DNA from: Eledone cirrhosa | Lineage: Eukaryota | Direction of reading: 5' to 3' | Length of the DNA: 64,000 nucleotides | Assembly (NCBI GenBank): GCA_964016885.1 | Contig: OZ024745.1 | Location: 868,001 to 932,000 of the forward strand | Shown here: positions 14,001 to 31,800 of the stretch, one piece after another | Layout: the number at the start of each line of letters is the position of its first letter | How positions within the stretch are numbered: the first letter of the stretch is position 1 | Made by a program: the position numbers and the translations under genes | Notes under the pieces: generated by a model | Told to the model about the DNA's origin: nothing | The model's database searches: none | Seen by the model: the letters and a program-made list of their open reading frames with translations, nothing else

Positions 14001-17000
14001 ATGGTATTAACACATACAGAGATACAGTGTACCTATTCTAAACTAGATATACATGGTATTACATCATACAGGGATACAGTGTACCTATTGTAAACTAGAT
14101 ATACATGGTATTACAACATACAGGGATACAGTGTACCTATTCTAAACTAGATATATATGGTCTTACAACATACAGGGATACAGTGTACCTATTCTAAACT
14201 AGATATACATGGTATTACATCATACAGGGATACAGTGTACCTATTCTAAACTAGATATACATGGTATTACAACATACAGGGATACAGTGTACCTATTCTA
14301 AACTAGGTATATATGGTATTACAAAATACAGGGATACAGTGTACCTATTCTAAACTAGGTATACATGGTATTAACACATACAGAGATACAGTGTACCTAT
14401 TCTAAACTATATATATATGGTATTACAACATACAGGGATACAGTGTACCTATTCTAAACTAGATATACACGGTATTACAACATACAGGGATACAGTGTAC
14501 CTCTTCTAAACTAGATATACATGGTATTACAACATACAGGGATACAGTGTACCTATTCTAAACTAGATATACATGGTCTTACAACATACAGGGATACAGT
14601 GTACCTATTCTAAACTAGATATACATGGTATTACAACATACAGGGATACAGTGTACCTATTCTAAACTAGATATACATGGTCTTACAACATACAGGGATA
14701 CAGTGTACCTATTCTAAACTAGATATACATGGTATTACAACATACAGGGATACAGTGTACCTATTCTAAACTAGATATATATGGTATTACAACATACAGG
14801 GATACAGTGTACCTATTCTAAACTAGATATACATGGTATTACAACATACAGGGATACAGTGTACCTATTCTAAACTAGATATACATGGTATTACAACATA
14901 CAGGGATACAGTGTACCTATTCTAAACTAGATATACATGGTCTTACAACATACAAGGATACAGTGTACCTATTCTAAACTAGATATACATGGTATTACAA
15001 CATACAGGGATACAGTGTACCTATTCTAAACTAGATATACATGGTCTTACAACATACAGGGATACAGTGTACCTATTCTAAACTAGATATACATGGTATT
15101 ACAACATACAGGGATACAGTGTACCTATTCTAAACTAGATATATATGGTATTACAACAGACAGGGATACAGTGTACCTGGTATTACAACATACAGGGATA
15201 CAGTGTACCTATTCTAAACTAGATATACATGGTATTACAACATACAGGGATACAGTGTACCTATTCTAAACTAGATGTACATGGTATTACAACATACAGG
15301 GATACAGTGTACCTATTCTAAACTAGATATACATGGTAGTATGACATACAGGATTACAGTGTACCTATTCTAAACTAGATATACATGGTATTACAACATA
15401 CAGGGATACAGTGTACCTAGTCTAAACTAGATATACATGGTATTACAACATACAGGGATACAGTGTACCTATTCTAAACTAGATATACATGGTATTATGA
15501 CATACAGGGATACAGTGTACTTATTCTAAACTAGATATACATGGTCTTATGACATACAGGGATACAGTGTACCTATTCTAAACTAGATATACATGGTATT
15601 ACAACATACAGGGATACAGTGTGCCTATTCTAAACTAGATATACATGGTATTACAACATACAGGGATACAGTGTACCTATTCTAAACTAGATATACATGG
15701 TATTACAACATACAGGGATACAGTGTACCTATTCTAAACTAGATATACATGGTATTATGACATACAGGGATACAGCGTACCTATTCTAAAGTAGATATAT
15801 ATGGTCTTACAACATACAGGGATACAGTGTAGCTATTCTAAACTAGATATACATGGTATTATGACATACAGGGATACAGTGTACCTATTCTAAACTAGAT
15901 ATACATGGTATTACAACATACAGGGATACAGTGTACCTATTCTAAACTAGATATATATGGTATTACAACATACAGAGATACAGTGTACCTATTCTAAACT
16001 AGATATATATGATCTTATGACATACAGGGATACAGTGTACCTATTCTAAACTAGATATATATGGTCTTACGACATACAGGGATGCAGTGTACCTATTCTA
16101 AACTAGATATATATGGTATTACATCATACAGGGATACAGTGTACCTATTCTAAACTAGATATATATGGTATTACAACATACAGGGATACAGTGTACCTAT
16201 TCTAAGCTAGATATATATGGTATTACAACATACAGGGATACAGTGTACCTATTCTAAACTAGATATATATGGTATTACAACATACAGGGATACAGTGTAT
16301 CTATTCTAAACTAGATATATATGGTATTACAACATACAGGGATACAGTGTACCTATTCTAAACTAGATATATATGGTATTACAACATACAGGGATACAGT
16401 GTACCTATTCTAAACTAGATATATATGGTATTACAACATACAGGGATACAGTGTACCTATTCAAAGCTAGATATACATGGTATTACAACATACAGGGATA
16501 CAGTGTACCTATTCTAATCTAGATATATATGGTATTACAACATACAGGGATACAGTGTACCTATTCTAAACTAGATATATATAGTATTACAACATACAGG
16601 GATACAGTGTACCTATTCTAAACTAGATATATATGGTATTACAACATACAGGTATACATTGTACCTATTCTAAACTAGGTATATATGGTATTACAACATA
16701 CAGGGATACAGTGTAACTATTCTAAACTAGATATACATGGTATTACAACATACAGGGATACAGTGTACCTATTCTAAACTAGATATACATGGTCTTATGA
16801 CATACAGGGATACAGTGTACCTATTCTAAACTAGATATACATGGTCTTACAACATACAGGGATACAGTGTACCTATTCTAAACTAAATATATATGGTATT
16901 ATGACATACAGGGATACAGTGTACCTATTCTAAACTAGATATACATGGTATTACAACATACAGGGATACAGTGTACCTATTCTAAACTAGATATATATGG

Positions 17001-17862
17001 TATTACAACATACAGAGATACAGTGTACCTATAATAAAATAGATATACATGGTATTATGACATACAGGGATACAGTGTACCTATTCTAAATTTGATATAC
17101 ATGGTATTACAACATACAGAAATACAGTGTACATATTCTAAACTAGATATACATGGTCTTACATCATCCAGGGATACAGTGTACCTATTGTAAACTAGAT
17201 ATATATGGTATTACAACATACAGGGATACAGTGTACCTATTCTAAACTAGATATACATGGTATTAACACATACAGAGATACGGTGTACCTATTCTAAACT
17301 AGATATACATGGTATTACATCATACAGGGATACAGTGTACCTATTGTAAACTAGATATACATGGTATTACAACATACAGGGATACAGTGTACCTATTCTA
17401 AACTAGATATATATGGTCTTACAACATACAGGGATACAGTGTACCTATTCTAAACTAGATATACATGGTATTACATCATACAGGGATACAGTGTACCTAT
17501 TCTAAACTAGATATATATGGTATTACAACATACAGGGATACAGTGTACCTATTCTAAACTAGATATACATGGTATTACAACATACAGGGATACAGTGTAC
17601 CTATTCTAAACTAGGTATATATGGTATTACAAAATATGGGGATACAGTGTACCTATTCTAAACTAGGTATACATGGTATTAACACATACAGAGATACAGT
17701 GTACCTATTCTAAACTAGATATATATGGTATTACAACATACAGGGATACAGTGTACCTATTCTAAACTAGATATACATGGTATTACAACATACAGGGATA
17801 CAGTGTACCTATTCTAAACTAGATATACATGGTATTATGACATACAGGGATACAGTGTACCT
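11080..17862 (+). repeat. Copy 2 of the near-identical block (offset 11079 from 1-6783)
   Basis: It carries the same private variants as copy 1. The match ends where 6773 is a 32-bp monomer but 17852 is the AAAGTAG monomer. Confidence 0.93.
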
Positions 17863-20800
17863 ATTCTAAAGTAGATATATATGGTCTTACAACATACAGG
17901 GATACAGTGTAGCTATTCTAAACTAGATATACATGGTATTATGACATACAGGGATACAGTGTACCTATTCTAAACTAGATATACATGGTATTACAACATA
18001 CAGGGATACAGTGTACCTATTCTAAACTAGATATATATGGTATTACAACATACAGAGATACAGTGTACCTATTCTAAACTAGATATATATGGTCTTATGA
18101 CATACAGGGATACAGTGTACCTATTCTAAACTAGATATATATGGTCTTACGACATACAGGGATGCAGTGTACCTATTCTAAACTAGATATATATGGTATT
18201 ACATCATACAGGGATACAGTGTACCTATTCTAAACTAGATATATATGGTATTACAACATACAGGGATACAGTGTACCTATTCTAAGCTAGATATATATGG
18301 TATTACAACATACAGGGATACAGTGTACCTATTCTAAACTAGATATATATGGTATTACAACATACAGGGATACAGTGTATCTATTCTAAACTAGATATAT
18401 ATGGTATTACAACATACAGGGATACAGTGTACCTATTCTAAACTAGATATATATGGTATTACAACATACAGGGATACAGTGTACCTATTCTAAACTAGAT
18501 ATATATGGTATTACAACATACAGGGATACAGTGTACCTATTCTAAGCTAGATATACATGGTATTACAACATACAGGGATACAGTGTACCTATTCTAATCT
18601 AGATATATATGGTATTACAACATACAGGGATACAGTGTACCTATTCTAAACTAGATATATATAGTATTACAACATACAGGGATACAGTGTACCTATTCTA
18701 AACTAGATATATATGGTATTACAACATACAGGTATACATTGTACCTATTCTAAACTAGGTATATATGGTATTACAACATACAGGGATACAGTGTAACTAT
18801 TCTAAACTAGATATACATGGTATTACAACATACAGGGATACAGTGTACCTATTTTAAACTAGATATACATGGTAGTATGACATACAGGGATACAGCGTAC
18901 CTATTCTAAACTAGATATACATGGTCTTACAACATACAGGGATACAGTGTACCTATTCTAAACTAGATATACATGGTATTATGACATACAGGGATACAGT
19001 GTACCTATTCTAAACTAGATATACATGGTCTTATGACATACAGGGATACAGTGTACCTATTCTAAACTAGATATACATGATCTTACAACATACAGGGATA
19101 CAGTGTACCTATTCTAAACTAAATATATATGGTATTATGACATACAGGGATACAGTGTACCTATTCTAAACTAGATATACATGGTATTACAACATACAGG
19201 GATACAGTGTACCTATTCTAAACTAGATATATATGGTATTACAACATACAGAGATACAGTGTACCTATAATAAAATAGATATACATGGTATTATGACATA
19301 CAGGGATACAGTGTACCTATTCTAAATTTGATATACATGGTATTACAACATACAGAGATACAGTGTACATATTCTAAACTAGATATACATGGTCTTACAT
19401 CATCCAGGGATACAGTGTACCTATTGTAAACTAGATATATATGGTATTACAACATACAGGGATACAGTGTACCTATTCTAAACTAGATATACATGGTATT
19501 AACACATACAGAGATACAGTGTACCTATTCTAAACTAGATATACATGGTATTACAACATACAGGGATACAGTGTACCTATTCTAAACTAGGTATATATGG
19601 TATTACAAAATACAGGGATACAGTGTACCTATTCTAAACTAGGTATACATGGTATTAACACATACAGAGATACAGTGTACCTATTCTAAACTAGATATAT
19701 ATGGTATTACAACATACAGGGATACAGTGTACCTATTCTAAACTAGATATACACGGTATTACAACATACAGGGATACAGTGTACCTCTTCTAAACTAGAT
19801 ATACATGGTATTACAACATACAGGGATACAGTGTACCTATTCTAAACTAGATATACATTGTCTTACAACATACAGGGATACAGTGTACCTATTCTAAACT
19901 AGATATACATGGTATTACAACATACAGGGATACAGTGTACCTATTCTAAACTAGATATACATGGTCTTACAACATACAGGGATACAGTGTACCTATTCTA
20001 AACTAGATATACATGGTATTACAACATACAGGGATACAGTGTACCTATTCTAAACTAGATATATATGGTATTACAACATACAGGGATACAGTGTACCTAT
20101 TCTAAACTAGATATACATGGTATTACAACATACAGGGATACAGTGTACCTATTCTAAACTAGATATACATGGTATTACAACATACAGGGATACAGTGTAC
20201 CTATTGTAAACTAGATATACATGGTCTTACAACATACAAGGATACAGTGTACCTATTCTAAACTAGATATACATGGTATTACAACATACAGGGATACAGT
20301 GTACCTATTCTAAACTAGATATACATGGTCTTACAACATACAGGGATACAGTGTACCTATTCTAAACTAGATATACATGGTATTACAACATACAGGGATA
20401 CAGTGTACCTATTCTAAACTAGATATATATGGTATTACAACATACAGGGATACAGTGTACCTGGTATTACAACATACAGGGATACAGTGTACCTATTCTA
20501 AACTAGATATACATGGTATTACAACATACAGGGATACAGTGTACCTATTCTAAACTAGATGTACATGGTATTACAACATACAGGGATACAGTGTACCTAT
20601 TCTAAACTAGATATACATGGTCTTACAACATACAGGGATACAGTGTACCTATTCTAAACTAGATATACATGGTATTACAACATACAGGGATACAGTGTAC
20701 CTATTCTAAACTAGATATACATGGTCTTACAACATACAGGGATACAGTGTACCTATTCTAAACTAGATATACATGGTATTACAACATACAGGGATACAGT

Positions 20801-23063
20801 GTACCTATTCTAAACTAGATATATATGGTATTACAACATACAGGGATACAGTGTACCTATTCTAAACTAGATATACATGGTATTACAACATACAGGGATA
20901 CAGTGTACCTATTCTAAACTAGATATACATGGTATTACAACATACAGGGATACAGTGTACCTATTCTAAACTAGATATACATGGTCTTACAACATACAAG
21001 GATACAGTGTACCTATTCTAAACTAGATATACATGGTATTACAACATACAGGGATACAGTGTACCTATTCTAAACTAGATATACATGGTCTTACAACATA
21101 CAGGGATACAGTGTACCTATTCTAAACTAGATATACATTTTATTACAACATACAGGGATACAGTGTGCCTATTCTAAACTAGATATATATGGTATTACAA
21201 CAGACAGGGATACAGTGTACCTGGTATTACAACATACAGGGATACAGTGTACCTATTCTAAACTAGATATACATGGTATTACAACATACAGGGATACAGT
21301 GTACCTATTCTAAACTAGATGTACATGGTATTACAACATACAGGGATACAGTGTACCTATTCTAAACTAGATATACATGGTAGTATGACATACAGGATTA
21401 CAGTGTACCTATTCTAAACTAGATATACATGGTATTACAACATACAGGGATACAGTGTACCTATTCTAAACTAGATATACATGGTATTACAACATACAGG
21501 GATACAGTGTACCTATTCTAAACTAGATATACATGGTATTATGACATACAGGGATACAGTGTACTTATTCTAAACTAGATATACATGGTCTTATGACATA
21601 CAGGGATACAGTGTACCTATTCTAAACTAGATATACATGGTATTACAACATACAGGGATACAGTGTGCCTATTCTAAACTAGATATACATGGTATTACAA
21701 CATACAGGGATACAGTGTACCTATTCTAAACTAGATATACATGGTATTACAACATACAGGGATACAGTGTACCTATTCTAAACTAGATATACATGGTATT
21801 ATGACATACAGGGATACAGCGTACCTATTCTAAAGTAGATATATATGGTCTTACAACATACAGGGATGCAGTGTACCTATTCTAAACTAGATATATATGG
21901 TATTACATCATACAGGGATACAGTGTACCTATTCTAAACTAGATATATATGGTATTACAACATACAGAGATACAGTGTACCTATTCTAAACTAGATATAT
22001 ATGATCTTATGACATACAGGGATACAGTGTACCTATTCTAAACTAGATATATATGGTCTTACGACATACAGGGATGCAGTGTACCTATTCTAAACTAGAT
22101 ATATATGGTATTACATCATACAGGGATACAGTGTACCTATTCTAAACTAGATATATATGGTATTACAACATACAGGGATACAGTGTACCTATTCTAAGCT
22201 AGATATACATGGTATTACAACATACAGGGATACAGTGTACCTATTCTAAGCTAGATATACATGGTATTACAACATACAGGGATACAGTGTACCTATTCTA
22301 ATCTAGATATATATGGTATTACAACATACAGGGATACAGTGTACCTATTCTAAACTAGATATATATAGTATTACAACATACAGGGATACAGTGTACCTAT
22401 TCTAAACTAGATATATATGGTATTACAACATACAGGTATACATTGTACCTATTCTAAACTAGGTATATATGGTATTACAACATACAGGGATACAGTGTAA
22501 CTATTCTAAACTAGATATACATGGTATTACAACATACAGGGATACAGTGTACCTATTTTAAACTAGATATACATGGTAGTATGACATACAGGGATACAGC
22601 GTACCTATTCTAAACTAGATATACATGGTCTTACAACATACAGGGATACAGTGTACCTATTCTAAACTAGATATACATGGTATTATGACATACAGGGATA
22701 CAGTGTACCTATTCTAAACTAGATATACATGGTCTTATGACATACAGGGATACAGTGTACCTATTCTAAACTAGATATACATGGTATTATGACATACAGG
22801 GATACAGTGTACCTATTCTAAACTAGATATACATGGTCTTACAACATACAGGGATACAGTGTACCTATTCTAAACTAAATATATATGGTATTATGACATA
22901 CAGGGATACAGTGTACCTATTCTAAACTAGATATACATGGTATTACAACATACAGGGATACAGTGTACCTATTCTAAACTAGATATATATGGTATTACAA
23001 CATACAGAGATACAGTGTACCTATAATAAAATAGATATACATGGTATTATGACATACAGGGAT

Positions 23064-25740
23064 ACAGTGTACCTATTCTAAATTTGATATACATGGTATT
23101 ACAACATACAGAAATACAGTGTACATATTCTAAACTAGATATACATGGTCTTACATCATCCAGGGATACAGTGTACCTATTGTAAACTAGATATATATGG
23201 TATTACAACATACAGGGATACAGTGTACCTATTCTAAACTAGATATACATGGTATTAACACATACAGAGATACAGTGTACCTATTCTAAACTAGATATAC
23301 ATGGTATTACATCATACAGGGATACAGTGTACCTATTGTAAACTAGATATACATGGTATTACAACATACAGGGATACAGTGTACCTATTCTAAACTAGAT
23401 ATATATGGTCTTACAACATACAGGGATACAGTGTACCTATTCTAAACTAGATATACATGGTATTACATCATACAGGGATACAGTGTACCTATTCTAAACT
23501 AGATATATATGGTATTACAACATACAGGGATACAGTGTACCTATTCTAAACTAGATATACATGGTATTACAACATACAGGGATACAGTGTACCTATTCTA
23601 AACTAGGTATATATGGTATTACAAAATACGGGGATACAGTGTACCTATTCTAAACTAGGTATACATGGTATTAACACATACAGAGATACAGTGTACCTAT
23701 TCTAAACTAGATATATATGGTATTACAACATACAGGGATACAGTGTACCTATTCTAAACTAGATATACATGGTATTACAACATACAGGGATACAGTGTAC
23801 CTATTCTAAACTAGATATATATGGTATTACATCATACAGGGATACAGTGTACCTATTCTAAACTAGATATATATGGTATTACAACATACAGGGATACAGT
23901 GTACCTATTCTAAGCTAGATATATATGGTATTACAACATACAGGGATACAGTGTACCTATTCTAAGCTAGATATATATGGTATTACAACATACAGGGATA
24001 CAGTGTACCTATTCTAAACTAGATATATATGGTATTACAACATACAGGGATACAGTGTATCTATTCTAAACTAGATATATATGGTATTACAACATACAGG
24101 GATACAGTGTACCTATTCTAAACTAGATATATATGGTATTACAACATACAGGGATACAGTGTACCTATTCTAAACTAGATATACATGGTATTAACACATA
24201 CAGAGATACAGTGTACCTATTCTAAACTAGATATACATGGTATTACATCATACAGGGATACAGTGTACCTATTGTAAACTAGATATACATGGTATTACAA
24301 CATACAGGGATACAGTGTACCTATTCTAAACTAGATATATATGGTCTTACAACATACAGGGATACAGTGTACCTATTCTAAACTAGATATACATGGTATT
24401 ACATCATACAGGGATACAGTGTACCTATTCTAAACTAGATATATATGGTATTACAACATACAGGGATACAGTGTACCTATTCTAAACTAGATATACATGG
24501 TATTACAACATACAGGGATACAGTGTACCTATTCTAAACTAGGTATATATGGTATTACAAAATACGGGGATACAGTGTACCTATTCTAAACTAGGTATAC
24601 ATGGTATTAACACATACAGAGATACAGTGTACCTATTCTAAATTTGATATACATGGTATTACAACATACAGAAATACAGTGTACATATTCTAAACTAGAT
24701 ATACATGGTCTTACATCATCCAGGGATACAGTGTACCTATTGTAAACTAGATATATATGGTATTACAACATACAGGGATACAGTGTACCTATTCTAAACT
24801 AGATATACATGGTATTAACACATACAGAGATACAGTGTACCTATTCTAAACTAGATATACATGGTATTACATCATACAGGGATACAGTGTACCTATTGTA
24901 AACTAGATATACATGGTATTACAACATACAGGGATACAGTGTACCTATTCTAAACTAGATATATATGGTCTTACAACATACAGGGATACAGTGTACCTAT
25001 TCTAAACTAGATATACATGGTATTACATCATACAGGGATACAGTGTACCTATTCTAAACTAGATATATATGGTATTACAACATACAGGGATACAGTGTAC
25101 CTATTCTAAACTAGATATACATGGTATTACAACATACAGGGATACAGTGTACCTATTCTAAACTAGGTATATATGGTATTACAAAATACGGGGATACAGT
25201 GTACCTATTCTAAACTAGGTATACATGGTATTAACACATACAGAGATACAGTGTACCTATTCTAAACTAGATATATATGGTATTACAACATACAGGGATA
25301 CAGTTTACCTATTCTAAACTAGATATACATGGTATTACAACATACAGGGATACAGTGTACCTATTCTAAACTAGATATATATGGTATTACATCATACAGG
25401 GATACAGTGTACCTATTCTAAACTAGATATATATGGTATTACAACATACAGGGATACAGTGTACCTATTCTAAGCTAGATATATATGGTATTACAACATA
25501 CAGGGATACAGTGTACCTATTCTAAGCTAGATATATATGGTATTACAACATACAGGGATACAGTGTACCTATTCTAAACTAGATATATATGGTATTACAA
25601 CATACAGGGATACAGTGTATCTATTCTAAACTAGATATATATGGTATTACAACATACAGGGATACAGTGTACCTATTCTAAACTAGATATATATGGTATT
25701 ACAACATACAGGGATACAGTGTACCTATTCTAAACTAGAT
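23064..25740 (+). repeat. Local duplication with offset 1560 bp (30 monomers)
   Basis: AATTTGATAT occurs at 23081 and 24641. The paired AAGCTAG monomers in lines 23881-23970 and 25441-25530 are identical at offset 1560. Boundaries are approximate. Confidence 0.8.
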
Positions 25741-25869
25741 ATATATGGTATTACAACATACAGGGATACAGTGTACCTATTCTAAGCTAGATATACATGG
25801 TATTACAACATACAGGGATACAGTGTACCTATTCTAATCTAGATATATATGGTATTACAACATACAGGG

Positions 25870-28800
25870 ATACAGTGTACCTATTCTAAACTAGATATAT
25901 ATAGTATTACAACATACAGGGATACAGTGTACCTATTCTAAACTAGATATATATGGTATTACAACATACAGGTATACATTGTACCTATTCTAAACTAGGT
26001 ATATATGGTATTACAACATACAGGGATACAGTGTAACTATTCTAAACTAGATATACATGGTATTACAACATACAGGGATACAGTGTACCTATTTTAAACT
26101 AGATATACATGGTAGTATGACATACAGGGATACAGCGTACCTATTCTAAACTAGATATACATGGTCTTACAACATACAGGGATACAGTGTACCTATTCTA
26201 AACTAGATATACATGGTATTATGACATACAGGGATACAGTGTACCTATTCTAAACTAGATATACATGGTCTTATGACATACAGGGATACAGTGTACCTAT
26301 TCTAAACTAGATATACATGGTCTTACAACATACAGGGATACAGTGTACCTATTCTAAACTAAATATATATGGTATTATGACATACAGGGATACAGTGTAC
26401 CTATTCTAAACTAGATATACATGGTATTACAACATACAGGGATACAGTGTACCTATTCTAAACTAGATATATATGGTATTACAACATACAGAGATACAGT
26501 GTACCTATAATAAAATAGATATACATGGTATTATGACATACAGGGATACAGTGTACCTATTCTAAATTTGATATACATGGTATTACAACATACAGAAATA
26601 CAGTGTACATATTCTAAACTAGATATACATGGTCTTACATCATCCAGGGATACAGTGTACCTATTGTAAACTAGATATATATGGTATTACAACATACAGG
26701 GATACAGTGTACCTATTCTAAACTAGATATATATGGTATTACAACATACAGAGATACAGTGTACCTATAATAAAATAGATATACATGGTATTATGACATA
26801 CAGGGATACAGTGTACCTATTCTAAATTTGATATACATGGTATTACAACATACAGAAATACAGTGTACATATTCTAAACTAGATATACATGGTCTTACAT
26901 CATCCAGGGATACAGTGTACCTATTGTAAACTAGATATATATGGTATTACAACATACAGGGATACAGTGTACCTATTCTAAACTAGATATACATGGTATT
27001 AACACATACAGAGATACAGTGTACCTATTCTAAACTAGATATACATGGTATTACATCATACAGGGATACAGTGTACCTATTGTAAACTAGATATACATGG
27101 TATTACAACATACAGGGATACAGTGTACCTATTCTAAACTAGATATATATGGTCTTACAACATACAGGGATACAGTGTACCTATTCTAAACTAGATATAC
27201 ATGGTATTACATCATACAGGGATACAGTGTACCTATTCTAAACTAGATATATATGGTATTACAACATACAGGGATACAGTGTACCTATTCTAAACTAGAT
27301 ATACATGGTATTACAACATACAGGGATACAGTGTACCTATTCTAAACTAGGTATATATGGTATTACAAAATACGGGGATACAGTGTACCTATTCTAAACT
27401 AGGTATACATGGTATTAACACATACAGAGATACAGTGTACCTATTCTAAACTAGATATATATGGTATTACAACATACAGGGATACAGTGTACCTATTCTA
27501 AACTAGATATACATGGTATTACAACATACAGGGATACAGTGTACCTCTTCTAAACTAGATATACATGGTATTACAACATACAGGGATACAGTGTACCTAT
27601 TCTAAACTAGATATACATGGTCTTACAACATACAAGGATACAGTGTACCTATTCTAAACTAGATATACATGGTCTTACAACATACAGGGATACAGTGTAC
27701 CTATTCTAAACTAGATATGCATGGTATTACAACATACAGGGATACAGTGTGCCTATTCTAAACTAGATATATATGGTATTACAACAGACAGGGATACAGT
27801 GTACCTGGTATTACAACATACAGGGATACAGTGTACCTATTCTAAACTAGATATACATGGTATTACAACATACAGGGATACAGTGTACCTATTCTAAACT
27901 AGATATACATGGTATTACAACATACAGGGATACAGTGTACCTATTCTAAACTAGATATATATGGTATTACAACATACAGAGATACAGTGTACCTATTCTA
28001 AACTAGATATATATGATCTTATGACATACAGGGATACAGTGTACCTATTCTAAACTAGATATATATGGTCTTACGACATACAGGGATGCAGTGTACCTAT
28101 TCTAAACTAGATATATATGGTATTACATCATACAGGGATACAGTGTACCTATTCTAAACTAGATATATATGGTATTACAACATACAGGGATACAGTGTAC
28201 CTATTCTAAGCTAGATATATATGGTATTACAACATACAGGGATACAGTGTACCTATTCTAAACTAGATATATATGGTATTACAACATACAGGGATACAGT
28301 GTATCTATTCTAAACTAGATATATATGGTATTACAACATACAGGGATACAGTGTACCTATTCTAAACTAGATATATATGGTATTACAACATACAGGGATA
28401 CAGTGTACCTATTCTAAACTAGATATATATGGTATTACAACATACAGGGATACAGTGTACCTATTCTAAGCTAGATATACATGGTATTACAACATACAGG
28501 GATACAGTGTACCTATTCTAATCTAGATATATATGGTATTACAACATACAGAGATACAGTGTACCTATTCTAAACTAGATATATATAGTATTACAACATA
28601 CAGGGATACAGTGTACCTATTCTAAACTAGATATATATGGTATTACAACATACAGGTATACATTGTACCTATTCTAAACTAGGTATATATGGTATTACAA
28701 CATACAGGGATACAGTGTAACTATTCTAAACTAGATATACATGGTATTACAACATACAGGGATACAGTGTACCTATTTTAAACTAGATATACATGGTAGT

Positions 28801-31800
28801 ATGACATACAGGGATACAGCGTACCTATTCTAAACTAGATATACATGGTCTTACAACATACAGGGATACAGTGTACCTATTCTAAACTAGATATACATGG
28901 TATTATGACATACAGGGATACAGTGTACCTATTCTAAACTAGATATACATGGTCTTATGACATACAGGGATACAGTGTACCTATTCTAAACTAGATATAC
29001 ATGGTCTTACAACATACAGGGATACAGTGTACCTATTCTAAACTAAATATATATGGTATTATGACATACAGGGATACAGTGTACCTATTCTAAACTAGAT
29101 ATACATGGTATTACAACATACAGGGATACAGTGTACCTATTCTAAACTAGATATATATGGTATTACAACATACAGAGATACAGTGTACCTATAATAAAAT
29201 AGATATACATGGTATTATGACATACAGGGATACAGTGTACCTATTCTAAATTTGATATACATGGTATTACAACATACAGAAATACAGTGTACATATTCTA
29301 AACTAGATATACATGGTCTTACATCATCCAGGGATACAGTGTACCTATTGTAAACTAGATATATATGGTATTACAACATACAGGGATACAGTGTACCTAT
29401 TCTAAACTAGATATATATGGTATTACAACATACAGAGATACAGTGTACCTATAATAAAATAGATATACATGGTATTATGACATACAGGGATACAGTGTAC
29501 CTATTCTAAATTTGATATACATGGTATTACAACATACAGAAATACAGTGTACATATTCTAAACTAGATATACATGGTCTTACATCATCCAGGGATACAGT
29601 GTACCTATTGTAAACTAGATATATATGGTATTACAACATACAGGGATACAGTGTACCTATTCTAAACTAGATATACATGGTATTAACACATACAGAGATA
29701 CAGTGTACCTATTCTAAACTAGATATACATGGTATTACATCATACAGGGATACAGTGTACCTATTGTAAACTAGATATACATGGTATTACAACATACAGG
29801 GATACAGTGTACCTATTCTAAACTAGATATATATGGTCTTACAACATACAGGGATACAGTGTACCTATTCTAAACTAGATATACATGGTATTACATCATA
29901 CAGGGATACAGTGTACCTATTCTAAACTAGATATATATGGTATTACAACATACAGGGATACAGTGTACCTATTCTAAACTAGATATACATGGTATTACAA
30001 CATACAGGGATACAGTGTACCTATTCTAAACTAGGTATATATGGTATTACAAAATACGGGGATACAGTGTACCTATTCTAAACTAGGTATACATGGTATT
30101 AACACATACAGAGATACAGTGTACCTATTCTAAACTAGATATATATGGTATTACAACATACAGGGATACAGTGTACCTATTCTAAACTAGATATACATGG
30201 TATTACAACATACAGGGATACAGTGTACCTCTTCTAAACTAGATATACATGGTATTACAACATACAGGGATACAGTGTACCTATTCTAAACTAGATATAC
30301 ATGGTCTTACAACATACAAGGATACAGTGTACCTATTCTAAACTAGATATACATGGTCTTACAACATACAGGGATACAGTGTACCTATTCTAAACTAGAT
30401 ATGCATGGTATTACAACATACAGGGATACAGTGTGCCTATTCTAAACTAGATATATATGGTATTACAACAGACAGGGATACAGTGTACCTGGTATTACAA
30501 CATACAGGGATACAGTGTACCTATTCTAAACTAGATATACATGGTATTACAACATACAGGGATACAGTGTACCTATTCTAAACTAGATATACATGGTATT
30601 ACAACATACAGGGATACAGTGTACCTATTCTAAACTAGATATATATGGTATTACAACATACAGAGATACAGTGTACCTATTCTAAACTAGATATATATGA
30701 TCTTATGACATACAGGGATACAGTGTACCTATTCTAAACTAGATATATATGGTCTTACGACATACAGGGATGCAGTGTACCTATTCTAAACTAGATATAT
30801 ATGGTATTACATCATACAGGGATACAGTGTACCTATTCTAAACTAGATATATATGGTATTACAACATACAGGGATACAGTGTACCTATTCTAAGCTAGAT
30901 ATATATGGTATTACAACATACAGGGATACAGTGTACCTATTCTAAACTAGATATATATGGTATTACAACATACAGGGATACAGTGTATCTATTCTAAACT
31001 AGATATATATGGTATTACAACATACAGGGATACAGTGTACCTATTCTAAACTAGATATATATGGTATTACAACATACAGGGATACAGTGTACCTATTCTA
31101 AACTAGATATATATGGTATTACAACATACAGGGATACAGTGTACCTATTCTAAGCTAGATATACATGGTATTACAACATACAGGGATACAGTGTACCTAT
31201 TCTAATCTAGATATATATGGTATTACAACATACAGAGATACAGTGTACCTATTCTAAACTAGATATATATAGTATTACAACATACAGGGATACAGTGTAC
31301 CTATTCTAAACTAGATATATATGGTATTACAACATACAGGTATACATTGTACCTATTCTAAACTAGGTATATATGGTATTACAACATACAGGGATACAGT
31401 GTAACTATTCTAAACTAGATATACATGGTATTACAACATACAGGGATACAGTGTACCTATTTTAAACTAGATATACATGGTAGTATGACATACAGGGATA
31501 CAGCGTACCTATTCTAAACTAGATATACATGGTCTTACAACATACAGGGATACAGTGTACCTATTCTAAACTAGATATACATGGTATTATGACATACAGG
31601 GATACAGTGTACCTATTCTAAACTAGATATACATGGTCTTATGACATACAGGGATACAGTGTACCTATTCTAAACTAGATATACATGGTCTTACAACATA
31701 CAGGGATACAGTGTACCTATTCTAAACTAAATATATATGGTATTATGACATACAGGGATACAGTGTACCTATTCTAAACTAGATATACATGGTATTACAA

